From the NCBI GenBank assembly GCA_032718475.1, contig JAUCBJ010003602.1:112059-176058 (forward strand): a stretch of DNA of 64,000 nucleotides. Reading direction: 5' to 3'. Origin of the DNA: Nemertoderma westbladi (taxonomy: Eukaryota > Animalia > Xenacoelomorpha). Of the stretch, positions 50,665 to 61,678 are shown in pieces (positions within the stretch are counted from its first letter, which is position 1; every line of letters starts with the position of its first letter). A program made the translations under genes and the position numbers. Under the pieces are notes generated by a model. The model made no database searches and was not told where the DNA came from. It worked only from the letters and a program-made list of their open reading frames with translations.

Positions 50665-52299
50665 TTATTGCACGGTTATCAAGTTATTTTCCCGTATATT
50701 TTACCCGAGGGCAGGAATAACCCGAGGGCGCAGCCCGAGGGTTTCCTGCCCGAGGGTAAAATATTAGGGAAAATAACTTGATAACCGGGCAATAAATGTG
50801 TTATTCCACATTATTAACAATTCTAAAAGGGTTTTGTTTGGGGGCAAGTGAAGTAAATGGGGCTTGGTATTTTGGGGGGATTAAATATATATCAATATAT
50901 ATTAAATCATTAAATTGTATTTGTGCATTCAGAATGATTAAATAATGCATAACTAAATACTGTATGAGTACAGTAGATTCCGGCAAATTTCATAGGGTTA
51001 ACATTTGCCCGCATCCTCCTATATTTTCGATAAATGTATTCTTTTATTTTGGTGAAAAAAGTATGTTCTAATAAACTATAGGCCCGCCAGATCCATATTT
51101 ACTGTATAACACATCATGCAGCAAGAACCTTTAAAGTGAAAAAAAAATGCAGCACAGTACGTAGCCTAACTTTGGACCACTGATAGGTCTACTAATTTTC
51201 TAAAACCTTTTGTAAACTGAATCAAAATATACATTCACGGGTTATATAAAAGTTTCATGATATAAAGACTAACATCGGTGTTATTGTTCTTCGGTAGGAC
51301 GCAGTTTCACAGAGATTTGAGCTCATTCAGGAGACATTCGAGAACATTCACTAACTCGCTATGCTCGTTCTGTGAATGCCTGCACTTGACCCCTGCGTGA
51401 GATAAACACTTTAGGGCCTACTTTATACAGAATACAGAAAAAAATAAATTATTATTAGGACTTCATACTGGTGCATGCGGGACCATTTATAGTAGACATA
51501 CTGTATTAATATCAAGGGAATTAATTGTGTAGTGGTTTAACCCTTTAATTATATCGGAGCCTTGACCTCGGGTCCCCGACTCCAGATTTCGTGGGTTCGA
51601 GTCCGGGAATGTGGCCAGGGAAATTTGCATTCCGGTTTCGCATAAATCTCCGTTAGGCCTATATATAAAGACTGTTTCGGTGTTACTACCGTAATCAATA
51701 TTTTACTGTAGTTAAAAAACAAGTTTTATTTAAAGCCAGCTTTATTATTATTATTCAAATAAAACATCAATATTCATTTCCATACTGCGCGTCCAACTTA
51801 CGTATTAAACATAAAGACAGAACAGAGCACGAAATACAGTATGTACAGTGCGGCCTACCTAGCCTGCTGTACAGACTTGTATCGCTATTCGCTACCAGTC
51901 CACAGCTTCGCAGCTTTATCCCTCAGGCAGTCGGACAGCAATTAAGTGATGAAAAAACAAAACCACAAACATGTACCGGTCCTGGAAACCGCACCGGTAC
52001 TACGCCTATACCATGCCAAGCGGCTTGGTCAGCCCACTACTGCCTGGCTACAGGCTGGGTACCGTACCGGTCTGGTGCTTTCAATTTCAGACAATGGATA
52101 ATGATACAAAAATGTGTTGTGGTACCGGTAGGTTCTGACAATCTGATTTGCTAATAGAGCTAGGCCTAGGATAATAGGCAGTTGCATAGCAACGCGGGAA
52201 TATCACTGATATTTTCCCGTGGGCAAAAAGTGATATTTTTTAGGTAGCCCACTATTATAAATGATATTTAACCCGCTCATTAATGGGGAATAACACATT
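50665..52299 (+). mobile_element. Non-autonomous DNA element with a ~130-nt terminal hairpin and inner inverted repeats
   Basis: Hairpin at 50665-50795; IR AATGTGTTATTCCACATTA (50795-50813) / TAATGGGGAATAACACATT (52281-52299); second family copy at 53161. Confidence 0.6.
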
Positions 52300-53160
52300 A
52301 TATCGCATCACATCATTATCACATTACGATATGAAATGAGAAACCTACAACATTAAAAATCTTATTTCCAACAAGTAAAGTATTTATTTAATACACAAAC
52401 CCAGCACCACTGCTTTGTTTCAGTTTCATTATACAGTAATAAAGACTACGTTTAACTTTAGTTGGTGATTCTCAGCTTCGCTAATTTACTATGCAAACTG
52501 CATGAAATATTTTATATAAATAAATAGTTTGTTAAAATAACTATTAATTTATTAATAATTATAATAATTCATCCCCTTTGTGATTATTTTGGTATAACTC
52601 AACATGGTGTGTTTATTTTTTGGTGTGGGGTTCTGTTATTGTCTACGTCTACTATTTATTTTGCTTGGCGCCTTCGGGCTGTGTCGTGCTTTTTGCTATT
52701 TTTATATTTTCTAATATTTATATTTTTAACTAATTTAAGAACTTGGGTGATTCTCATCCATCTGTACCGCGTGTGTTTATGCGGCGGGGTTTATACTACG
52801 ATGGGCTTTTATTTATCCCGATAATCACCCCAGGCCATCATAGTCATGGCATTTAATAGCTCATTGTGTTCGGCCACAATATACCAGTCGAGTTATTTTA
52901 GTTTTTACTATTTAATTTAGATTTGATGAGAATCACCAGGTAATTAACTAATGAGTTCGTAATACTAATTAATTTCAGTTTGACTTCAGCTCAGGAAATA
53001 CATTTATCATAGGTAGTTTATTTTATCAAAATCATTTATCATATGTAATTAACATTTTTTAATAACGGCATTATACCATCTCTTTCCTCATTTCTGCACA
53101 CAATAATATTAACGCGGATGTGATTGTGATATAACGTCCGCTGGCGCTATGTAACTATAT

Positions 53161-53700
53161 TTATTACACGGTTATCAAGTTATTTTCCCGGTTATTTAAC
53201 CCGCGGGCAGGAAACAACCCGAGGGCGAAGCCCGAGGGTGTTCCTGCCCAAGGGTTAAATAACCGGGAAAATAACTTGATAACCGTGTAATAAGTTTGTT
53301 ATTACCCATTCCGTTTAACGATTTTCTTGTACTCAAACTGTTCTAAAAGGGTTTTGTTTGGGGGGGAGGAGATTAAAATGGGGCGTGGTATTTTGGGGGG
53401 GATAAATAACTATGCATAGATATTTTTATATTAATAACGCATCCCGTTTTACCGACTTTCTTGGACTCAAACTGTTCTAAAAGGGTTTTGTTTGGGGGGG
53501 AGGAGATTAAAATGGGGCGTGGTATTTTGGGGGGGATAAATAACTATGCATAGATATTTTTATATTAATAACGCATCCCGTTTTACCGACTTTCTTGGAC
53601 TCAAACTGTTCTAAAAGGGTTTTGATGGGAGGGGTGGGGGGGGGGGGGGGGGGATTAAATTGGGGCGTGGTATTTTATAACTATGCATAGATATGTTATA
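53161..53700 (+). mobile_element. Second copy of the hairpin element, followed by a 134-bp tandem repeat x3
   Basis: Hairpin at 53161-53293 with a GCGAAGC loop; ACTCAAACTGTTCTAAAAGGG at 53331, 53465 and 53599. Confidence 0.7.
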
Positions 53701-54732
53701 ATAAACTACCCTTGTTTGTGTGTTTGTTAGCCGCTTTACAACTCAGAAACTACTTGGCCATGTGAAATAAAAATAGAACGACTGTGTTTGGCTTGGCGAG
53801 TTGGGTGACATGGGCCTATTTTTGTGTGGTCTGTCTGTGTGTCGGACAAATCTTTGGTCGCTTAGCAACGGTTCAATCAAATATATTGCAATTTAGTATG
53901 TGTGTAGTAGAGAAAAAGTTGAGACAGTTTCGACAATTTGGCGTCGCACAATTTCCATAGTTCACCGCTTGGTGGTGAACTAACTCTCGTCCTGCTATAA
54001 CTGCAGGAGTTGTTTGCGTCCAGTCCCCCCCCCCCCCCCCCCCCCCCCCCTATCTGGATCTTTGTATACATTTCCAGTCATACTGTATTTGATGGGGAAA
54101 TAAAAAAGGTGAAAAAATAATCAGTGAAAGAACAATTCAGTAGAATTCAAATTAGCTTTATTTACTTATAATTTCGAAACTAAAAAACATTATATTTAAA
54201 CAATAAATGTTAGTAAAACTATGTTCTAGAATCGAGTAAATCAATGGCGTGGAGCAGTTGATATAAACTTAAATGAGAAAGTAAAACTATAACTAATAAG
54301 GATAATGTTAATGCGAGACGGATAAATATCTGTATTTCTGTCGTTTCTTCTAATTTTTCATTAAAAAAATGGGGAAATATTATGAAATCAAGAAAACTGG
54401 TCGAAATTTATTGAAGCGAATGAAATTACCTTTCATCATATAAAGCAAAAATTGCAAAAAAACGGTTAAGAAATGGCAGAGTGGTGGAGTGGTAGTATTT
54501 TTCGTGCGAAAAAATGTCATTCTGAGATAATCGCCTTCAAAGTTCAAACCTTCCCGCGCAAAACTACCTGTATAGGGCCTGGTTGGTTAATAGTCTCTGA
54601 CATGAAGGAAACACACCACCGAGCTAAAATTATATTTATGGGGGTTTTCGGGGTCGCTGATTTCATTTCCGATATCAGTTTTACTATTTGGTGGAATGTA
54701 GTCTCTGTCCGTCTGTCGGTTGTCTGTATGTC

Positions 54733-54985
54733 GCAGTGTCCGAGTGGATACGGCGCCTGAACTGCTTACACAATAGTGTTTGGTGGTGCAGGTTCGAATC
54801 CGACTAAAAGCTGTAGAAATTTCGCACTGTTGTGTCCCTAGGCAAGACACTTTAGACATTAGTGCCTACGCCAACCCAGCGGTATAATGGGAACCTGGCT
54901 TTGCTGGGGTAATGATAATAAAAGCGCTTTGAGTATGCTGAGCGTAGAAAAGCGCTACATAAATAACCAATATTATTATTATTAT
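54733..54985 (+). mobile_element. tRNA-derived SINE with CORE-like centre and L2-type 3' tail
   Basis: A box GTCCGAGTGG; B box GGTTCGAATCC; TGTGTCCCTAGGCAAGACACTT; AAGCGCTTTGAG...GAAAAGCGCTACATAAAT stem; (TAT)n tail. Confidence 0.8.
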
Positions 54986-55551
54986 GTCTATCGTACATTT
55001 TGTCAGACAGATTGGCAGCTACACATATTCCACGATAACTCGAGAACTAAATGAGATCTCTCAAAGCCGTTTTCAGATTTGAAATCACCATTAAATTCTG
55101 CTCTGGCTGCTGCCATAAGTATCTGCGTTCCATTGTTGCAGTTTAATTTAATTTAAATAAATCGGTTTAATTTTACATAAACACTTACATAAAAACTTTC
55201 TTCGCATTAGTGGCTTCGTTTGGTTTAATAAATATTATATATTGAAAAATACAATTTATTATTATTTATTAATAATTAACCGATTATTTATATAATCAGA
55301 TAACATTGCGAAATATAAGTTCTAAGGACTTATAGAACATAGATGGGAATATGTACGGGAAGCAATGGCGGGATGTTCAAACAGTTCCATCGAAAGGGGA
55401 GCCTCCGACCACATCCCCTTAAAAGTGGCCAGGGAAAGCTGCTTGGTGGGTCGGTTTGATTGATAACTTAGTCAGAAACTATAAAGTTTAAAAACAACTA
55501 AATACATTCCCCGGTTCTACAGTATTAATCTGCATGAAATGTTATAATTAT

Positions 55552-56760
55552 TTACAACTGAAACGCTGGGAATTCGGATTGTTTTGGGTCCAACATATCG
55601 ACCATAAAGCATACAGTCCCTGCGAGACCCTCGAACAAAGAGTAGGGTCTGTCTGGGGTGCGACAGCCGTGTCTGCCGTAATCGAGACACCATCTGGCGA
55701 ACTGGTAAGCTCGGTGCAGATGTTTCGTATCCATGGTAACGCGGTACAACGCTAGGAAGGTGTAAGCGTTACCGGCCACGCCGTGACACAGACCGTAACC
55801 CTTGGTTATCAGACCCCGTTCCCAGACTACTTGGCCGCATTGCAGCGCTGCGGTGAGGTATTTTTCTGAGGAGGTGAGTTTATAAGCCTCTAGTAGCGTG
55901 AACACCACTCCCGGTGCGCCGTGGCACCAGTGTACCAACTTATCGTCGGTGTCGTTTACACCCGGAGGGAAGTTACCGGATGGATAAACAAGTTCTAAAA
56001 GATAGTCAACACTCTTAATAACATCGCGTTTAGATTCCTCAGTCAAACAACCTGAGACCATCAACATATAGAGGATCCCAGACAGACCATGGGCAGCCCC
56101 TAAATACTTCTCTCGGTACCATTCGTACATTAACGGACTAGCTATTTTTTTATTTATCGCGTATTTGTAACCGGAACTTAGGATTGCGTTAACAGTTTTA
56201 TCGATAATATCAATTCTTATAGAATTCTCACCGATAAATCGTTTTACGAACAACAAACTGTATAAATATCCCGATCTGCCGTATAATATCTCGTCTGGGA
56301 TATCGTAACGCGGGTTCATTATCACATCAACTATTCCTTGTAATCTTTTTAAACATTCCTCGCTTTGATCTTTATTGTCCAACTTGTGGAAGACAACGGC
56401 GGCTAATGCGAGAGGCCCTGCGTCGCCCAAGAGGAAAGAGAAATCCCTTCCTTTTAGATTCTGTAAAGGTTTAATAAGAAAGGACAACGCTTTCTCGTAA
56501 TATTCATTTCGTTTTTGCTGATCGGAAAACTTCTCCCCCAGTATTAGATACAACAAACCGTAACCAGAGATACCGGTGTAAACACTTGTGTCCCTAGCAT
56601 CGATACTCGTTGCCATGGCTGCGTTGATTTGGTTCAACTGGTAATCGACGAATCCCATTATTGAAGTTTTGAACTCATCGTTAACGTAAAACTCTTCGTT
56701 TTGTTGAGATTGAGTTGTAAAGTCCGGAAGTTTGTTCTCAAACGCTCGTGCCATGCTCAT
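55552..56760 (-). CDS. LANCL2: LanC-like protein (LANCL1/2 type), intronless
   Basis: VYTGISG, DEILYGRSGY, YLGAAHGLSGI, LVHWCHGAPG, GYGLCHGVAGNAY, TPDRPYSLFEG. Confidence 0.92.
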   Translation of the reverse strand: MSMARAFENKLPDFTTQSQQNEEFYVNDEFKTSIMGFVDYQLNQINAAMATSIDARDTSVYTGISGYGLLYLILGEKFSDQQKRNEYYEKALSFLIKPLQNLKGRDFSFLLGDAGPLALAAVVFHKLDNKDQSEECLKRLQGIVDVIMNPRYDIPDEILYGRSGYLYSLLFVKRFIGENSIRIDIIDKTVNAILSSGYKYAINKKIASPLMYEWYREKYLGAAHGLSGILYMLMVSGCLTEESKRDVIKSVDYLLELVYPSGNFPPGVNDTDDKLVHWCHGAPGVVFTLLEAYKLTSSEKYLTAALQCGQVVWERGLITKGYGLCHGVAGNAYTFLALYRVTMDTKHLHRAYQFARWCLDYGRHGCRTPDRPYSLFEGLAGTVCFMVDMLDPKQSEFPAFQL

Positions 56761-56856
56761 AAAGTCTGATTGTTAAAGCTGATTTGATTACGGTATTAGT
56801 AACGGTATTGGTATCATTACCAAGTGTACAGTGGTACAACGCCTGTACTCAAAAAG

Positions 56857-57097
56857 CCAATTGGGGTGTCGGTTCAGCCTTCTCATATCAGTGCCCATAA
56901 GTAAAAATTTTACTGTAAACTGTGTTCCTAAATTTAGTTATTTGTTTTGGTTCGAAAAGCCTGCCATTATTTCATATATATTCATTATAACCTGCTACTC
57001 CCATTAAATGGTATACTTAAAATTGTGAATATCGAAATTAAATATTCGCGAAATTAAGTTAATATGTTAAAATAGGCTGAAATGACACCCCAATTGG
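56857..57097. repeat. MITE-like inverted repeat pair in the divergent LANCL/IST1 intergenic region
   Basis: CCAATTGGGGTGTCGGTTCAGCCT / AGGCTGAAATGACACCCCAATTGG; no clear TSD. Confidence 0.7.
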
Positions 57098-57648
57098 TAA
57101 TATGCCGCCGCGGTACATATCTATTTAATGGAATGCAGTACCAAGTCACTATTTAAATAAGGTCAATGAATAACTTCATTATTACATGTACAACAGGTGG
57201 GCTTGTTTTCCGATGACCCCGCAATGTTTATTGTTCGGCCTATAAGCAATACTCACAGGGGTTAAATCCCGAACCCAACCATTCTGTAATTATTAAAGCC
57301 GAATTTTGCGTTCGGTCAATTAGACAGTTATCTAACACATAAGATACAACATAATAATACTAGAGCGTTGGATTATAGGCAAAAAGTTTAAACCACTCAT
57401 GGTCTACTTGGCAATTTTTCAGATAATTTCAGTCAGGTTACTCACTCAATTGCAGTAAGGCAGGTAATTATAAACACGCAATACATAATATTATACAAAT
57501 TGAACAACAAATGTAATAATTTATAGAGAGTTACATATAGTAGCAAGTTTCTAAACAGTATATACTGTATTATTTGCGATAGAGTGAAGACAAATTTATC
57601 GATATATTAATTTTTTTGAAAGAGAGTATTTCGACAGTAACTTTTAAT

Positions 57649-58560
57649 ATGACAGGTTTCAAATTGAATAAATTGAGCGTGAGTTTGAAGCAATGCATAA
57701 AGAATTTACAATCGTTAGTAGATGATAAATATGAGCATTGTCAAGGGACACGCAAAGAAATAGCTGAGTATCTGAGCGCTGGTAAAGATGAATGGGCGAA
57801 ACTAGCGGCGGGGCATATGATTCGTCAGGAATCGCTTTCGGAGTCGTTAGAGATACTAATAGGTTACTGCGACTTGGTGATGCTGCGGATCGGGTTGTTA
57901 CAGACACTTCGGGGTATGGATGAGTGTCTGATCGAACCTGTTTCGGGTATAGTCTGGGCTGCTCCCAGACTCCATTCCGAGGTCGGGGAATTAAAGAACG
58001 TTTCCGACCAATTGTGTCTGAAATACGGGAAGCAGTTTGGAAATCAGACTCGAGAGAATGCCAATAAAGCAGTTAACGATCTGCTGATAGCCGGCATGGG
58101 TATGAAGGTGCCAGACAAGGAAGTGGTTGAGCGATGCATCGTAGAAATCGCCAAGGCAAACAATCTTCCCTACGAATCAGAATGCCAATCTGATGATGAA
58201 GTTGATGGTAATGAAGTGGTAACTGTCCCGGTCGGACACAGTGTCTATGATAATGAAGATGTGGATAAAGATATTGAAGATGTTGATGAGCCCATCAGTA
58301 AATTGCCTGTTGATAATGATAAGGATGTTATTGATGAAGTTTCACCAATTGAGGAGAATCAGCCTCCAGACGCAGATGACCCATTACCAGATTCCGTTAT
58401 GCCGGTAAAAGACACTGAAGATGTGATGTCGGTTGATGAAGTTCTTCCTAATGCCCCAACTCACTCACCTAAGCTGAAGGCTGAAAATAAACAAATCTCT
58501 AATAAAGTTGATTCTGAAGAAAAACTAGGCGAACGCTTTGATAATCTGAAAAAACGTTAG
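57649..58560 (+). CDS. IST1: IST1-like ESCRT-III-associated protein, intronless and divergent
   Basis: RKEIAEYLSAGKDE, YCDLV, WAAPRLHSEVGELK, DQLCLKYGK, EIAK..NLPYE; C-terminal MIM1-like RFDNLKKR. Confidence 0.88.
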   Translation: MTGFKLNKLSVSLKQCIKNLQSLVDDKYEHCQGTRKEIAEYLSAGKDEWAKLAAGHMIRQESLSESLEILIGYCDLVMLRIGLLQTLRGMDECLIEPVSGIVWAAPRLHSEVGELKNVSDQLCLKYGKQFGNQTRENANKAVNDLLIAGMGMKVPDKEVVERCIVEIAKANNLPYESECQSDDEVDGNEVVTVPVGHSVYDNEDVDKDIEDVDEPISKLPVDNDKDVIDEVSPIEENQPPDADDPLPDSVMPVKDTEDVMSVDEVLPNAPTHSPKLKAENKQISNKVDSEEKLGERFDNLKKR

Positions 58561-58714
58561 CGACAGTCACTTTAGCGATGATGTAAATCATTGAAATAAT
58601 TGAGAGCCTTCCCAATATTTTACTGTATGGTAACGTTTATAATTAAAGTACTACAGTACAGTACAGTAGTTTAAGGTCAATAATACGAGTTCCTACAGTA
58701 GAGTAGGCCAACAG

Positions 58715-59045
58715 TACTACTATTACTAGTTCGAGCGAACTCGGACAGTGGAAATGAGATCTTTCCAGGCTTCCCGATTCTTCATAGTTGTCGCAATTTC
58801 GTTTCTCCCAAGTTCAGTATCCCTTTCGCTTTCCATGAGTTGGCTGCCCAACAGTACTACTACTACTGTACTACTCAAGCGAACTCGGACAGTGGAAATG
58901 AGATCCTTCCAGGCTTCCCGATTCTCCATAGTTGTCGGAATTGCGTTTCTCCTAAGTTCAGTATCCCTTTCAAGTTGATCTATATATGTTATGGCCGGTC
59001 GTCCACGACTACGCTTTCCATGAGTTGGTTGCCCAACAGTACTAC
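58715..59045 (-). mobile_element. Two tandem 5'-truncated RTE 3' ends from a second family
   Basis: QPTHGKRSRGRPAITYIDQLERDT...MENREAWKDLI duplicated; (TAG)n-like tails; CCAACAGTACTAC at all three junctions. Confidence 0.75.
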
Positions 59046-60434
59046 CATCATAAAGTAGACCACCATACTGGTACCTCAAAGGTTTCTAATTTGATCGATT
59101 CTGGGCTAATCGGGGGCGCCTTTTCTCGTGTTGTCTGTTCTACCGTATCTCCAAATGTTTCAGGTCTGAATTTCATAAAACAATACCCTATGTAGCTTTT
59201 TATGGTGGGAGTCCATGTTGGACTCTTCTAACTGCTGAGGATACGGATCTCCAAATCTCTGCATGGCATATACAATGGCGGCCATCCGTGGCGGCGCAAT
59301 TTTGTCGGTAAGCCGGCATAGCAGTCTTGCTCCAAGCCACATTACAGCATGTCGATTGTGGATTGCATAGTGGTGGCACAAATTAAGCCGCAAGGCAATT
59401 TCAATGTGCAGCTGCTACAGTAGCAGCAGGCAGATTGTTGTAATCGGTTGTCTACTCCTACTACTACTACAGTACTAATAATAATAATAAATTATTTTAT
59501 TCCCAAAACTTCAAATATGTAAAATAATTAAAGGCAGCATGGAGGGTGGCCCCGGCTGATAACTTGTGGGAATAAGCGTCATGTATGGCAGATAAATTCT
59601 TGACCTACACTAATAATTACATTATTTAATTTATTTAACATTATTTCAAATATTTAATTACTGTAATATACTGTAGGCCCTACTCAAACTTTGAAATTTT
59701 AAATAACATATTATTAATATATTTTCTCCGGAACGAAGAATAATCCATTTTACCCCATCCTGAAATCATAAAGTAATAAATATCAATACTGTATACACCC
59801 AATGTAAAATCATTGATATGCAAAACACCCTATCAATTACCATTCGTCGACCGTAAAAGATCCCACTATATGTGGAAACTTTCATTTTCGTGATATGAAA
59901 AGCAGCCTACATACAGTAACCCATAAATATCTCAGATTTGCTGTTTCATTACAGCAAAACCCCTGAGGTCTAAGTGGATTTATACAAAACCTGATAGTTG
60001 GCGATATGGAGTTCGATGACTGTACCTTACGACGGCAGTGTAGTAGGCCACCTAAGGATATTACAGTAGCCTGTGAATTATTGATTAAATATTAATAATT
60101 AAAGTGTAATAATGAGATATTAAATTTATACTAATTGTGCGCAAATGTAGCGGCAGTAATAAATTATATAATATACCGCGGTCGCATTTCCCTGTGGGTG
60201 TATCTGTCCTGCCTAAATTAGTAGTTAAGAGTGTATAAGTAATCATTGTGGCCGTGATGGTTCATGGTTAATATACCTACCATTTCATTTTAGCGAGTTG
60301 TTAAAGAAGGCCAAGTAGAGTAGGGTTGAGCACAGTGGCAGCATATGATGGTATTGGCAGATTGGAGGCCATGCGGAGGTAAATTGCGGACATACAAGGC
60401 ATCAGCTAGTATTTCCAGGTCTATATTTTACCTG

Positions 60435-60505
60435 AGCCGCTAGTAGAATGGTTAGAACGTCAGACATCCAACCCGGAGGTCACCAGTTCGATCCCACCTG
60501 GACGT
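60435..60505 (+). mobile_element. tRNA-like SINE head, degenerate
   Basis: A-box-like TAGTAGAATGG and B-box-like AGTTCGATCCC; no clean cloverleaf. Confidence 0.45.
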
Positions 60506-60873
60506 CATTACAGACTTTGCAAAGCTGTGTCCAACGAAGGTTATAATAATATGAAACCACTCATTCACCCAAAACATCAATACTAAAGTATACCCATAGT
60601 ACTAGTACATGTTCATTACCACGCCAAATTTCAGCTTGAACTGATAAAAAAAAGAAATGGGGGATATTTAATTTAAGGATATTTAGCTGTGATGTGTTTG
60701 GCGTAATATTAAAAGTTCAATGCATGTGTACCCTATCGGTGTGGTTACGTGTCCCACATTAGCGTAGGCCTGCGGGGGTTAAACCCGTTGGCTTGAATTC
60801 GCATCTCGAAGTGTGAATTCGATCCCCGTGGACTGTCAATCAATCAATTAATTTCGGTCAGTAAATTTTAATT

Positions 60874-61035
60874 ATGAATTGGAGAATCTTTTAGGCTAGT
60901 TAAGCCGAGGAATGCCTGTTCACCACCATTTGTGATCTTCCACAGTATGTTTCCCAAGTTGCCTTGGTTCCCATTTATCGACCACTGATAAGTGATAAGG
61001 ATGAAAGCTGGGGTGGTGCTAGGTTGGGCTATTTG
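60874..61035 (-). mobile_element. SINE with Nin-like central domain; its 3' part is the monomer of the 63-bp array
   Basis: Minus strand: CAGCTTTCATCCT...GGTCGATAAATGGGAACCA...TTGGGAAACA-TACTGTGGAAGATCACAAATGGTGGTGAACAGGCATTCCTCGGCTTAACTAGCCTAAAAGATTCTCCAATTCAT. Confidence 0.7.
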
Positions 61036-61678
61036 AATTATCGATTGAATGGAACTGACTGTTTTTATTGGCTAATTTCTCAGTTTGCTTGTGGTCGCTA
61101 CTTGCAAAAGTACTGTAGCTGTTTTAGTCATGCAATGTACGTGGATGTACATTATATGATTTTACAATTATTTTAAACCTTATATGGCTCAGGGTCAGGC
61201 AGGGTGCAGGGTAGGAAAGGCGTACATCCTGTATCTCTATTCGTGTGTTTCGGTATTTCTCGTTTTGTTTGTTTCAATTTGAAGATCTCTAGCCTACTGC
61301 TGTCTACCATCTACAGTACAGCAGTACTGACTGACTGATGCTAGGTTATTCGGCACTTCCAGGTCTTTAGAAGCAGCAAGCAGTGTAGCAGAGAATAAAT
61401 AGCATACTAATTTCAAATTGCAAACTCAGTCAGTCAGTAACAGTTGTCTTCCTGTCTTCCACTGCAGCACTGTCCTACTGTCAGGTACCAGTCTACCGTA
61501 CTTCCCACAATCAGACAATCCTGTCCAGCTGTCACGCCTGCGTCGCGCCTGCTGGCAGGCTGGTGCTGGCCTGTCTGCCTGTAATCTGCTGATCTGGTAA
61601 TTCTGTAGTAATCAGACTGTCAGACAATTATCTAAATGAATGGGCCTAGGCAGCTAGGAGCCAACTGGTTGGCCTAAA

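Noticed and set aside
51525-51612. Possible tRNA gene (GGTTCGAGTCC B box)
   Set aside because: No consistent cloverleaf; probably a SINE remnant. The same applies to 38690-38720 on the minus strand
55552-56760. Lanthipeptide cluster or horizontal transfer
   Set aside because: Sequence fits the ordinary eukaryotic LANCL family; no LanB or precursor peptide nearby
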